Below, one piece after another: positions 18,533-28,626 of a DNA stretch of 61,176 nt; the stretch's first letter is position 1, and each line of letters begins with the position of its first letter. Location of the stretch: contig JBDRBQ010000072.1 of the NCBI GenBank assembly GCA_043822625.1, forward strand, positions 1-61,176. The letters run 5' to 3'. The position numbers and the translations under genes are program-made. The DNA is from Candidatus Omnitrophota bacterium (GTDB taxonomy: Bacteria > Omnitrophota > Gorgyraeia > DAOVKU01). The notes under the pieces were generated by a model that made no database searches, was not told the origin of the DNA, and saw only the letters and a list, made by a program, of their open reading frames with translations.

Positions 18533-19409
18533 CATTAAAAAAATGCGGGGAATAAGCTGTCAGCTTAAATGTCAAAATAAAACCATTGGTTTTGTGCCGA
18601 CAATGGGATATTTGCACAAAGGACATCTTTCTCTTGTCAGAAAAGCGCGAAGCGAAAATGATTTTGTGGTTCTCAGTATTTTCGTCAATCCTCCCCAATT
18701 TGGGCCGACCGAAGATTACAATAACTATCCACGCGATTTTAAACGGGACAAAAATCTCGCGGAAAAAGAAAAAGTCGACTGTATTTTTTATCCCTCAACT
18801 AAAAATATGTACCCCGAAAAGTATAAAACTTATGTCGTTGTCGAGGAATTGAGCGGACGGCTGTGTGGGCTTTACAGACAGGGACATTTTAAAGGGGTAG
18901 CTACCATTGTTTCCAAACTTTTTAATATTGTCGCGCCGAATACGGCTTACTTTGGACAAAAAGATGCCCAGCAAACTGTCGTCATAAAACAGATGGCGCA
19001 AGACCTAAACTTTCCTGTGAAAATAAAAATAGTACCTACGCTTAGAGAAAAAGACGGTTTGGCGATGAGTTCAAGAAATAAATATCTTTCGCCTGTACAG
19101 CGAGAAGAGTCGGTAGTTTTGCATGATGCTCTGAAAAAAGCGGAACAGTTGGTAAAAAAAGGAATTACGAACGCTGCTAAAATTAAAAACTTAATTAAAA
19201 AAATGATCGAAGCCAAAAAGACGGCGAAAATAGAATATGTTGAAATTATTGATTCGCAAAGCTTAAAACCGGTCAAAAAAATCGGAGCGAAAACATTAAT
19301 TGCTGTTGCCTGTTATTTCGGCAAAGCGAGGCTGATAGATAATATAATAGTTGCGGCTCCTTCTGTCTGCGGCAGGCAAGCCCGAAAGACCAAAGACTGT
19401 ATTATCTGA
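18516..19409 (+). CDS. panC: Pantoate-beta-alanine ligase
   Basis: PTMGYLHKGH, SIFVNPPQF, FGQKDAQQ, GLAMSSRN, RLIDN. Confidence 0.97.
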   Translation: MQVINSIKKMRGISCQLKCQNKTIGFVPTMGYLHKGHLSLVRKARSENDFVVLSIFVNPPQFGPTEDYNNYPRDFKRDKNLAEKEKVDCIFYPSTKNMYPEKYKTYVVVEELSGRLCGLYRQGHFKGVATIVSKLFNIVAPNTAYFGQKDAQQTVVIKQMAQDLNFPVKIKIVPTLREKDGLAMSSRNKYLSPVQREESVVLHDALKKAEQLVKKGITNAAKIKNLIKKMIEAKKTAKIEYVEIIDSQSLKPVKKIGAKTLIAVACYFGKARLIDNIIVAAPSVCGRQARKTKDCII

Positions 19410-19423
19410 AAGAGGGTTTATAA

Positions 19424-20230
19424 ATGATTAAAGTAGGTATTGTAGGATGTGGGACGATAGGCACAGAGCTTATTAAGGCCATAGAGAAAGACTTCAAAGG
19501 GAGAATGAAGTTAGTTGCTGTTTGTGATGCTGATATAAATAAAGCCGCAAGCGTAATTAAAACATTAAAAAGAAAGACCCGAATTCTCTCATTGGAAAAT
19601 TTGATAAAGGCAAGCGATTTAATTGTGGAAGCTGCCTCTGCCTCTGTTTCCGCTATGGTAGCTAAAAAGGCGCTTTCAGCGGGTAAGGAGGCGATGATTA
19701 TGAGCATTGGAGGTTTAATTAACAGGGGTGATGTTTTTCGGTTGGCAAACAAAAGAAAAAAAAATTTATATTTACCAAGCGGAGCGGTGTGTGGACTCGA
19801 CGGGGTTAAATCAGCAAAGACGGCAAAAATCGCGGAAGTGATTTTAGTGACTACCAAATCTCCTAAAGCGTTAGAAGGAGCGCCTTATTTAATTAAGAAA
19901 AAGATAAACCTGGGTTTATTGAAAAAAGAAAAAGTGATTTTCAACGGAACCGCTGAAGATGCTATTGCCGGATTTCCAAAAAATATAAATGTCTCCGCGG
20001 TTTTGAGTCTGGCTGGTGTAGGAGCGAAAAAAACGAAAGTTAAAATTATATGTTCTCCTAATGCTAAGGTTAATTCACATATAATAAAAGTAAAGGGTGA
20101 TTTTGGAGAATTTACGACGCAAACAAATAATTTACCATCACCCGGTAATCCTAAAACTTCTTACATGGCTGTACTTTCGGCCATAGCTACGTTGAACTCT
20201 ATAACAGACTATGTGAAAATAGGAAATTAA
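19424..20230 (+). CDS. nadX: L-aspartate dehydrogenase
   Basis: GIVGCGTIG, VEAAS, PSGAVCGLD, FPKNINVS, NPKTS. Confidence 0.93.
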   Translation: MIKVGIVGCGTIGTELIKAIEKDFKGRMKLVAVCDADINKAASVIKTLKRKTRILSLENLIKASDLIVEAASASVSAMVAKKALSAGKEAMIMSIGGLINRGDVFRLANKRKKNLYLPSGAVCGLDGVKSAKTAKIAEVILVTTKSPKALEGAPYLIKKKINLGLLKKEKVIFNGTAEDAIAGFPKNINVSAVLSLAGVGAKKTKVKIICSPNAKVNSHIIKVKGDFGEFTTQTNNLPSPGNPKTSYMAVLSAIATLNSITDYVKIGN

Positions 20231-20261
20231 AAAAACCAAAGTCAGAGAGGGGGTGAAATAA

Positions 20262-20402
20262 ATGGCACAGAAAGTATGCAAATGCGGTATTAAGAAAGAA
20301 GCCGGTTATCTTTACTTTGTTGATAAAGACGGCGATGTTTCCAGAGCAAAGATGGCAAGAGGCGGAAAGAAAAAGAAGGCTGCCAAGAAGAAAAAGAAGT
20401 AA
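20262..20402 (+). CDS. Small Lys-rich basic protein (46 aa), function unknown
   Basis: MAQKVCKCGIKKEAGYLYFVDKDGDVSRAKMARGGKKKKAAKKKKK*; SD GGGGTG upstream, terminator downstream; too short for the ORF track. Confidence 0.75.
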   Translation: MAQKVCKCGIKKEAGYLYFVDKDGDVSRAKMARGGKKKKAAKKKKK

Positions 20403-20440
20403 AAAAGAACGCAATTAATTATATCTCATTTATATAGACA

Positions 20441-20478
20441 TGCAAAAAAGGGTGCTGCAAAAAGCATCCTTTTTTGTA
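20441..20478 (+). terminator. Intrinsic terminator (possibly bidirectional)
   Basis: AAAAAAGGGTGCT-gcaaaa-AGCATCCTTTTTT. Confidence 0.75.
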
Positions 20479-20542
20479 TTATTAATACTAAAAGCTATTG
20501 TTTGCTAACATCAGGGTAATAAATAAACTTTATGTGTAACTA

Positions 20543-20571
20543 TTGACAGAGAAAAAGGGTTGTGTTAATAT
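20543..20571 (+). promoter_or_regulatory. sigma70 promoter of the tRNA cluster
   Basis: TTGACA (20543-20548), 17 bp spacer, TAATAT (20566-20571). Confidence 0.6.
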
Positions 20572-20614
20572 GTGCTTTGACAAAAGGTAGAAAAAATATC
20601 TTTTATTTAACGGC

Positions 20615-20690
20615 GCCCCCATAGCTCAATCGGTAGAGCAGGCGCCTCTTAAGCGCAAGGTTCAAGGTTCGATTCCTTGTGGGGGTACCA
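20615..20690 (+). tRNA. tRNA-Lys (anticodon CTT)
   Basis: Acceptor GCCCCCA/TGGGGGT, D arm AGCTCAATCGGTAGAGC, loop CT-CTT-AA, GGTTCGATTCC, encoded CCA. Confidence 0.95.
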
Positions 20691-20811
20691 GATTGCGGTA
20701 TCATAGAAAATTAGGAGAAGGTAAAAGGTATCTGCCTTAAGGTGTTTGTCTATTTTTGCTAAAAGTTTTTGTCCGGTAGTTATTACTTATTGAGACAGCA
20801 ATGATTTAAGA

Positions 20812-20892
20812 ACGGAATGAAAAGTTTATACTTTGAGGGCACAAAACCGCGGCTTTTAAGCTGTGGATGATGAGTCGAAGGGTTTATTCCGT
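20812..20892. repeat. Nested palindromic element in the tRNA spacer; inverted copy of the element at the purA 3' end
   Basis: Reverse complement AACCCTTCGACTCATCATCCACAGCTTAAAAGCCGCGG matches AACCCTTCGACTTATCCACGGCTTAAAAGCCGTGA at 32350-32384. Confidence 0.75.
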
Positions 20893-20979
20893 CAAATCGA
20901 TGAAATCCAATAAAAATGGCTTTGAGTTTAATCGTAAAAGTAAAAAATTAAAATCCATTTTTGAGGATTATTTATTATC

Positions 20980-21064
20980 GCGGACGTGGCGGAATTGGCA
21001 TACGCGTACGGCTTAGGACCGTATCCCTTACGGGTTGAGAGTTCGACTCTCTCCGTCCGCACCA
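20980..21064 (+). tRNA. tRNA-Leu (anticodon TAG)
   Basis: GCGGACG/CGTCCGC acceptor, GGCGGAATTGGCATACGC D arm, TACGG-CTTAGGA-CCGTA, long variable arm, CCA. Confidence 0.95.
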
Positions 21065-21084
21065 TCTATTTATTAAAATGGTTA

Positions 21085-21161
<77 letters not shown>

Positions 21162-21350
21162 TCGGTCTATGCTAATCACTTATTGTGATTAGCTTCGCCT
21201 GATTGTTTATATAGCATGAGGGATGAGAACCCAAAAAGGGGATTTATAGAAAAACCTGCCCTGCGGTAGGCAGATCGGGGTTAATGGAATATCATGGTTT
21301 TGTCTATGGGTTCCATTTTCGCAAATTCATTTTTATTAAGGAGAAGTTTA

Positions 21351-22649
21351 ATGTACAATGTGGAAGTAAAACAAACAGGTATATCCAAGGTTTTGCTGGA
21401 AATAAAAGTATCTGAGACTATGGTAAATGATGAGTTTAAACGTTGCTGTACCCAAGCAGCAAAAGAAGCGGAGATTCCCGGTTTTAGAAAAGGAAAAGCT
21501 CCTCTGGAAATGGTCAAAGCAAAATTCGACAGTCAAATCTATCAGCAAGCGCTCCAGAATTTAGTTTCAGAATATTATATAAATGCTTTAAGGGAAAGAC
21601 AGGTTTTTCCGGTAGAGCATCCACACTTCGAAATTAAAAAATTCGCGGAAGGTAACGAGCTTATTTTTACCGCGGAGTTTGAAGTTAGGCCGGAATTCGA
21701 AATTCCGGAATATAAAGGGTTAAAAATAGATAAAAGGACTACAGCGATAAAACCGGAAGAAATAGATAAAGGGATAGATTATTTAAGAGAAACAAAGGCT
21801 GAATTTTCTTCCGTCTTGGAAAATAGACCTGTGCAGGAGGGAGATTTTTTAGTTGCCGACTATCAGTGTCATGTGGATTCTAAGGTAGTAGATAATAAAA
21901 AGAATGTTTTGCTTTCCACTAAGGACACAGCTTTCCCTAAAGAATTTATCGAAGGTTTGGTGGGATCCAAAATAGGAGACGAAAAAGAAATCAATATTAC
22001 ATTACCGCCTAAATTTAGCGACAATAAATTAGCGGGCCGCCCGGCTAAATTTATGATTAAAATACATGATATAAAGAAAAAGAATTTGCCGCAGGCGAGT
22101 GAAGAATTTGCCAAAGACATGGGATTTGATTCTCTGGAAAAATTGAAGGTAATTATCGAAAAAGATATAAAAGCGCAAAAAGAAAATTATGCCAAAATTC
22201 ATATGCGTGAGCAGGCAATTCAACAGCTGATAGAGAAAACACAATTTCAACTGCCTGAAAATATGCTAAAAGAGCAGACGGATATGCTTGTATCTAACAC
22301 GAAAGAAAAAATCAAAGCCATTAATCCTCAAAGAAAAGAAGAGGATTTAAACGACGAAACGTTAGCCAAGAAATTGCGTCCGGAAGCGGAGAAACAGCTG
22401 AAAACATTTTTCATTTTCGACAAAATAGCGGAGAAGGAAAATATCAGCGTTAGCGAAGAAGAACTTAATGACAGGCTGAATATTCTGGCTGTTCAATCTA
22501 ATCAGTCCGTTGCGGCGTTAAGAAAAACACTTGAAGAAAAAGAACTTATTTCACAGATAGAAGGGCAAATAAAAGACGAAAAAATTCTGGATTTTATCTT
22601 GAACGAAGCGGAAATAAAAGAAATTGAAATAACGAAACGGGAATCGTAA
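21351..22649 (+). CDS. tig: Trigger factor
   Basis: IPGFRKGKAP ribosome-binding loop, FKBP-like middle domain; start moved to 21351 (SD AAGGAG). Confidence 0.95.
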   Translation: MYNVEVKQTGISKVLLEIKVSETMVNDEFKRCCTQAAKEAEIPGFRKGKAPLEMVKAKFDSQIYQQALQNLVSEYYINALRERQVFPVEHPHFEIKKFAEGNELIFTAEFEVRPEFEIPEYKGLKIDKRTTAIKPEEIDKGIDYLRETKAEFSSVLENRPVQEGDFLVADYQCHVDSKVVDNKKNVLLSTKDTAFPKEFIEGLVGSKIGDEKEINITLPPKFSDNKLAGRPAKFMIKIHDIKKKNLPQASEEFAKDMGFDSLEKLKVIIEKDIKAQKENYAKIHMREQAIQQLIEKTQFQLPENMLKEQTDMLVSNTKEKIKAINPQRKEEDLNDETLAKKLRPEAEKQLKTFFIFDKIAEKENISVSEEELNDRLNILAVQSNQSVAALRKTLEEKELISQIEGQIKDEKILDFILNEAEIKEIEITKRES

Positions 22650-22687
22650 CCTTAACCGAGTACATCTTATAAAAGGGGGTTTGAAAA

Positions 22688-23287
22688 ATGGAAACAAAAT
22701 ATCAAACATTAGTTCCCATGGTAGTAGAACAAAGTCAGCGCGGTGAACGGGCTTATGATATATTTTCCCGTCTTTTAAAAGACAGAATAGTTTTTATAGG
22801 CACGCCTATAGATGATAACGTTGCCAATTTAATCATAGCTCAATTGTTGTTTTTGCAAATGGAAAATTCCGAAAAAGAAATTAGCATATATATAAATACT
22901 CCCGGTGGAATGGTTACGGCCGGTTTAGCCATTTATGATACGATGCAGTTTGTTAAACCAAGTGTGGCTACTTATTGCGTAGGGCAGGCTACCAGCATGG
23001 GGGCGGTGCTTTTAGCCGCGGGATCCAAAGGTAAACGTTTTATCTTGCCTCACGCGAGGGTAATGATTCATCAGCCATGGGGAGGAGCTCAGGGAGCCGC
23101 CGCCGATATAAACATACAAGCCAGAGAAATACTGCGGTTGAGAGAAAAACTCAACGAGATTTTAGCAAAACATACAGGACAGAATATCGAAAAAATTCAA
23201 AAAGACAGCGACAGAGATTTTTTTATGACGGCCGAAGAAAGCAAGGAATACGGCATAGTTGATGAAGTTATAAAGACTAAGATATAA
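22688..23287 (+). CDS. clpP: ATP-dependent Clp protease proteolytic subunit
   Basis: [31 protein letters not shown]. Confidence 0.99.
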   Translation: METKYQTLVPMVVEQSQRGERAYDIFSRLLKDRIVFIGTPIDDNVANLIIAQLLFLQMENSEKEISIYINTPGGMVTAGLAIYDTMQFVKPSVATYCVGQATSMGAVLLAAGSKGKRFILPHARVMIHQPWGGAQGAAADINIQAREILRLREKLNEILAKHTGQNIEKIQKDSDRDFFMTAEESKEYGIVDEVIKTKI

Positions 23288-23320
23288 ATCCGTTGTTTTT
23301 AAGGAGCGAATGTTTGTAAA

Positions 23321-25753
23321 ATGACAAAACAAGAAAAAGTAACTTTTAAAAATGAATTACCTTTAATTCCTTTAAGGGATATTGTTATATTCCCTAATGT
23401 TGTAGTGCCTCTTTTGGTCGGAAGAAATAAATCCATAAAGGCCGTAAAAGAATCCCAGTCTCGCTTTGACAATCTTGTTTTCCTTGCTTCGCAGAAGAAT
23501 CTCGATATAGACGAACCTAAACCGCAGGATATATATTCATTCGGAGTTATTGCCGAAATATTAGAGGTGTTTAAATTGCCGGATGGTTCGATTAAAATTT
23601 TGATAGAAGGTAAACAGAAAGCAAAAGTCGAGGAATGTTTATTGGAGAACGATTGGTTTAAAGTAAAGGTTAATCCGATTGAAACAGAAATAGAAAATTC
23701 TACTGAGCTTTTGGCACTTATGCGTTCGGTGCAGGCTTTATTCGAAAATTACGCGCGGCTTAATACTAAAATTCCGGCAGAGGCCGCGGTTACGACTATG
23801 AATATAGAAAATCCTTTATATTTCAGCAATATAGTTGCTTCGCATCTGACTGTAAAAATATCCGAAAAACAAAAAGTGCTTGAAACCGAAGATTTAAAAG
23901 AAAACTTTCGTTATCTGGCTAAAGTTCTAAACGCGGAAAACGAAATCATGAGAGTCGAAAAGAAAATTATGAATGATGTTAAAAAACAGATGGAGAGGGC
24001 TCAAAAAGATTTCTATTTGCAGGAACAACTTAAAGCTATAGAAAAAGAACTCGGTAGAAAAGACGAAGATATCAAAGAAATGGAAGAGCTTGAGAGAAAA
24101 ATAAAGCGCGCTTCCATGACGAAAGAGGCTCAAGAAATAGCTTTTCAGGAATTGAAAAAAATATCCAGAATGATGCCGATGGCTCCGGAAGCGTCGGTTT
24201 GTCGTAATTATATTGATTGGCTCATAAGCTTGCCGTGGAATAAAAAGACCAATGACAGGTTGAATATTAAAGAAGCCCGTAAAATTTTGGAAGAAGATCA
24301 TTATGGTCTTGAAAAACCAAAAGAAAGAATTCTTGAATATCTCGCGGTCAAAAAACTTTCTAAAAATCAGAAATCGCAGATTCTTTGTTTTTCCGGTCCT
24401 CCAGGAGTGGGTAAAACTTCTTTGGCCAAATCCATAGCGCGTGCTTTGGGAAGAGAATTTGTGCGTATTTCTTTAGGTGGAATCAGAGATGAAGCTGAAA
24501 TGCGCGGACATAGGCGCACTTATATCGGAGCACTGCCTGGAAGAATCATTCAATCTATGAAAAAAGCGGGCAGTAAAAATCCTGTTTTTCTATTAGATGA
24601 AATAGATAAAATGTCGACTGATTTTAGGGGAGACCCTGCTTCCGCGTTGCTTGAAGTTTTAGACCCTGAGCAAAACCATTCTTTCAGCGACCATTATCTT
24701 GAAACCGGTTTTGATTTGTCACAGGTAATGTTTATTACTACTTGCAATGTTCAGGAAAATATCCCAGCACCCTTACGGGACAGAATGGAAGTTATCAGAT
24801 TATCCGGTTATACCGAGTACGAAAAAATAAAAATAGCTAAAATATTTCTTTTACCGAAACAAATTAAAGCGTGCGGGCTGAAGAAAAATATTCTTGAAGT
24901 TTCCGATGACGCCGTTTTGAAGATCGCGCGGCAATACACGAGAGAAGCGGGAGTAAGGAATCTTGAACGGGAACTTTCTAATATTTGCCGTAAGCTTGCC
25001 GCAAGAATAGTAGAAGAAGGCGAGATAAATAAGAAGGTAAAAAAGATAAAATTAGACGCCGATAATATTCACGAATTTTTAGGACCCCCAAAAATGATGG
25101 ATGACAGAATCGAAAAGAAAAATGAAATAGGGGTGGCCACAGGTCTGGCGTGGACTGAAGTTGGCGGTGATGTAATGAGTATAGAAACATCCATACTAAA
25201 AGGTAAAGGGAAGACAATCCTTACCGGAAAATTAGGGGATGTAATGAAAGAATCCGCTCATGCCGCTTTAAGCTATATTCGTTCAAGAACTAAAGATTTG
25301 AATTTAGAAGCTGATTTTTACCGTAAAATAGACATACATGTTCATGTTCCTGAAGGCGCTATTCCTAAAGACGGTCCGTCGGCGGGAATAACAATGGCGA
25401 CTGCTCTTATTTCGAGTTTGACAAAAAAACCGGTGAGATGCGATTTAGCCATGACCGGTGAAATTACGTTAAGAGGACGGGTTTTGGCTATAGGCGGCCT
25501 AAAATCCAAATTATTAGCCGCTCACAGAGCCGGCATAAAAACGGTTATTATCCCGAAAGAAAATGATAAGGATTTACATGAAATACCGTCTCTTGTCAGA
25601 GAAAATTTAGATATTATCCTGGTTGAAAATATGGATGAGGTTATAAAAATAGCGTTGGTAAATAGAGATACGGCGAAATCAGTAAAAAAAGACAGTAATA
25701 AAAGAAGTATTTGTAAAATGATTACGTCTATTCCATCGGTAGTAACAACGTAA
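23321..25753 (+). CDS. lon: Lon protease
   Basis: LON N-domain, [31 protein letters not shown]. Confidence 0.99.
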   Translation: MTKQEKVTFKNELPLIPLRDIVIFPNVVVPLLVGRNKSIKAVKESQSRFDNLVFLASQKNLDIDEPKPQDIYSFGVIAEILEVFKLPDGSIKILIEGKQKAKVEECLLENDWFKVKVNPIETEIENSTELLALMRSVQALFENYARLNTKIPAEAAVTTMNIENPLYFSNIVASHLTVKISEKQKVLETEDLKENFRYLAKVLNAENEIMRVEKKIMNDVKKQMERAQKDFYLQEQLKAIEKELGRKDEDIKEMEELERKIKRASMTKEAQEIAFQELKKISRMMPMAPEASVCRNYIDWLISLPWNKKTNDRLNIKEARKILEEDHYGLEKPKERILEYLAVKKLSKNQKSQILCFSGPPGVGKTSLAKSIARALGREFVRISLGGIRDEAEMRGHRRTYIGALPGRIIQSMKKAGSKNPVFLLDEIDKMSTDFRGDPASALLEVLDPEQNHSFSDHYLETGFDLSQVMFITTCNVQENIPAPLRDRMEVIRLSGYTEYEKIKIAKIFLLPKQIKACGLKKNILEVSDDAVLKIARQYTREAGVRNLERELSNICRKLAARIVEEGEINKKVKKIKLDADNIHEFLGPPKMMDDRIEKKNEIGVATGLAWTEVGGDVMSIETSILKGKGKTILTGKLGDVMKESAHAALSYIRSRTKDLNLEADFYRKIDIHVHVPEGAIPKDGPSAGITMATALISSLTKKPVRCDLAMTGEITLRGRVLAIGGLKSKLLAAHRAGIKTVIIPKENDKDLHEIPSLVRENLDIILVENMDEVIKIALVNRDTAKSVKKDSNKRSICKMITSIPSVVTT

Positions 25754-25835
25754 GATTTTAAAACCAAACCGAAAATAATTTTGTAAGGTTCAGGTAGTCC
25801 TGAACCGTTAAAGAATTCTAAGGAGGAAAACGCAA

Positions 25836-26972
25836 ATGGCTAAGAAGTGTTATTTGATGACTCCGGGACCTACACCTGTACCGGAAGAAATTATGCTGGA
25901 AATGGCTAAGCCCATTATCCATCATAGAACTCCGCAGTTTACTGAAGTAATTAAAAAATGTGAAGAAGGATTAAAGTGTGTTTTAAAAACGAAAAACGAA
26001 GTCGTTATTTTTACCTCCAGTGGTACAGGCGCCATGGAGGCTTCTATAGTTAATTTTCTGTCGGCGGGGGATAAAGCCATTTGTGTCATAGGCGGAAAAT
26101 TCGGAGAAAGATGGTCGGAAATATGCAAGGCATACGGTGTTAATTCTATTGATATAAATGTTGAGTGGAATAAAGTTGTTGATCCCGATATAATAAAAAA
26201 AGAACTTGAAAAAAATCCCGACGTAAAAGCGGTGTTTACCACTCAATGTGAAACATCCAGCGGTTCTCTGACGGATATCGAAGGCATCGCGAAAATAGTA
26301 TCTCAAAGCAAAGCTATTTTAGTGGTGGATGCCATAAGCAGTCTCGGGGCCTGTGAGCTTAAAACCGATGACTGGAAAGTAGATGTGGTTGTTAGTGGTT
26401 CTCAGAAGGGATTGATGATACCTCCGGGACTGGCTTTTTGTTCGGTGAGTGAAAAAGCCAAAAAAATGCTCGAAACATCAACTCTTCCTAAATTTTATTT
26501 TAATATAAAAAAAGCTTTAAAAACACTTGAGAAAAATGATACTCCGTGGACTCCGGCCATAACATTAATGATAGGTTTGGCCAAAGCCCTTGAGATGATA
26601 CAAAAAGAAGGTATTGACGAAGTTATTAAAAGACACAATCGCTTGGCAAGTGCCGTGCGCGGTGCCGTAAAAGCGCTTAAACTGGAATTGCTTTCCGAGT
26701 CTCCCGCAAACGCGGTTACGGCGGTAAAAGTGCCTGAAGGCATAGATGGTGAAGCGTTGGTAAAAAACATTAAAAATAATAAAGGGGTTTGGTTTGCCGG
26801 CGGGCAGGGCTATTTAAAGGGAAAAATTTTCAGAATAGCGACTTTAGGATTTATGCAGGAGTTTGATGTCATTATTTCAATCAGCGCTTTGGAACTTGGG
26901 TTAAGAGAAGGCGGTTATAAGTTTGAGATGGGTTTGGGTGTCAAGGCAGTATTAAACGCGTTTTCGGTATAA
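25836..26972 (+). CDS. Class V aminotransferase (AGT/serine-pyruvate type; probable phosphoserine aminotransferase by context)
   Basis: MTPGPTPVP, SSGTGAMEA, VDAISS, GSQKGLMIPPGL; directly upstream of serA. Confidence 0.85.
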   Translation: MAKKCYLMTPGPTPVPEEIMLEMAKPIIHHRTPQFTEVIKKCEEGLKCVLKTKNEVVIFTSSGTGAMEASIVNFLSAGDKAICVIGGKFGERWSEICKAYGVNSIDINVEWNKVVDPDIIKKELEKNPDVKAVFTTQCETSSGSLTDIEGIAKIVSQSKAILVVDAISSLGACELKTDDWKVDVVVSGSQKGLMIPPGLAFCSVSEKAKKMLETSTLPKFYFNIKKALKTLEKNDTPWTPAITLMIGLAKALEMIQKEGIDEVIKRHNRLASAVRGAVKALKLELLSESPANAVTAVKVPEGIDGEALVKNIKNNKGVWFAGGQGYLKGKIFRIATLGFMQEFDVIISISALELGLREGGYKFEMGLGVKAVLNAFSV

Positions 26973-27014
26973 GCCGATAGCGGCATAAATTCAACATTAG
27001 GATAGGAGAAAAAA

Positions 27015-28595
27015 ATGAGAATTTTAGTGAGTGATCCCCTTTCAGATGAAGGATTAAAAATACTTAAAGAACAACAGGATTTAGAAGTAGTCGTAAAGAC
27101 AAAACTTTCGGTCGAAGAACTAAAAAAAGAAATTAAAGGCTATAATGCCATAATTATCAGAAGCGGAACTACGATGACTAAAGAGATAATTGATGCCGCC
27201 GATAATTTGAGAATTATCGGAAGAGCCGGTACCGGAGTGGACAACGTAGACGTAGAAGCTGCCAGCAGAAAAGGCATAATAGTAATGAATACTCCCGGAG
27301 GCAATACTATTTCGACGGCGGAACATACGATGAGTCTTCTTCTGTCTATTTCAAGGAATATTCCGCAGGCGCACGCGTCTTTAAAAAAAGGGGCGTGGGA
27401 GAGAAAAAAATTTATAGGAGTGGAAGTTTATGGGAAAATTTTAGGAATAGTTGGATTGGGAAGGATAGGAACCGAAGTGGCGAAAAGAGCAAACGCCTTC
27501 GGGATGAAAATAATCGCGTATGATCCCTTTTTCTCCGTGGATAAGGCGCGTCAGCTCAAAGTCGAATTGACAAATTTAGAAGATTTGCTTAAAAGAGCCG
27601 ATTATATTACTGTTCATACGCCTTTAACGGCTGAGACGAAACATCTTATCGGTAAAGAGGAGTTCCAGCTGATGAAATTCGGTGTCCGCGTAATCAATTG
27701 CGCGCGTGGCGGAATCATAGATGAAAAAGCGCTTGACGAAGCGCTGGAAAGCGGAAAGGTAGCAGCGGCCGCGTTAGATGTTTATGAAAATGAACCTCCG
27801 GAGGACAGCCCTATTTTAAAAAGAGACAATGTTGTAACTACCCCTCACTTAGGAGCATCTACCGAAGAAGCACAGGAAAAAGTAGCCGTGGATATATGTA
27901 AACAAGTGGTGGACGCTTTAAGTAAAGGAATCGTCGTAAATGCCGTAAATATTCCTTCGATGGATACTGAACTTTTGAAAATATTAGAGCCTTATATGAA
28001 AATTTGCCAGAGATTGGGGTCCGCGGCCAGCCAGCTTGCCAAAGACAGTTTCAGTGAAATAAAAATTACTTATTACGGAGAAATTTTAAATTACGATACT
28101 ACCATGTTAACCTTAGCGGCGGTTAAGGGAGTATTTGAGCCTATTTTGCAGTCAAACGTAAATTTTGTTAACGCCATGGTAATTGCCAAAGAAAGAGGTA
28201 TAAGTGTAGTTGACACAAAAGAATCCATTTCGCAGGATTTTACTAATTTAATAAAAATCGAACTTAAAGGTAAAGAAGAAACAATACAGGTAAGCGGCAC
28301 TTTATTCACAAAAAGTGAACCGAGAATTGTAAGAATCAACGAGTATTATGTCGAAGCTATCCCCGCAGGATTTCTTTTGGTTATGCATAATATGGATGTT
28401 CCGGGTATAGTTGGTCAAATTGGGAGTATTCTCGGTAAAAATAATATTAACATAGCCGGTATGACTTTCGGACGGATTAAACAGGGTGGGAAAGCTATTA
28501 GTGTATTGAACGTGGACAGCATAGTTCCGCAGGCGGTTATTAATGAGATTTTACATTCAAAAAATATACTGGACGCGAAATTAGTAAAATTATAA
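27015..28595 (+). CDS. serA: D-3-phosphoglycerate dehydrogenase (ASB and ACT domains)
   Basis: GRAGTGVDN, GLGRIG, NCARGG, TPHLGAST, C-terminal DVPGIVG ACT. Confidence 0.97.
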   Translation: MRILVSDPLSDEGLKILKEQQDLEVVVKTKLSVEELKKEIKGYNAIIIRSGTTMTKEIIDAADNLRIIGRAGTGVDNVDVEAASRKGIIVMNTPGGNTISTAEHTMSLLLSISRNIPQAHASLKKGAWERKKFIGVEVYGKILGIVGLGRIGTEVAKRANAFGMKIIAYDPFFSVDKARQLKVELTNLEDLLKRADYITVHTPLTAETKHLIGKEEFQLMKFGVRVINCARGGIIDEKALDEALESGKVAAAALDVYENEPPEDSPILKRDNVVTTPHLGASTEEAQEKVAVDICKQVVDALSKGIVVNAVNIPSMDTELLKILEPYMKICQRLGSAASQLAKDSFSEIKITYYGEILNYDTTMLTLAAVKGVFEPILQSNVNFVNAMVIAKERGISVVDTKESISQDFTNLIKIELKGKEETIQVSGTLFTKSEPRIVRINEYYVEAIPAGFLLVMHNMDVPGIVGQIGSILGKNNINIAGMTFGRIKQGGKAISVLNVDSIVPQAVINEILHSKNILDAKLVKL

Positions 28596-28626
28596 GCTAT
28601 TTTTTTAAAAAGAGGTAATCATAAAA

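Noticed and set aside
20199-20414. 71-aa hydrophobic minus-strand ORF resembling a signal peptide
   Set aside because: Antisense reading of the Lys-rich + strand ORF, which has the SD and terminator
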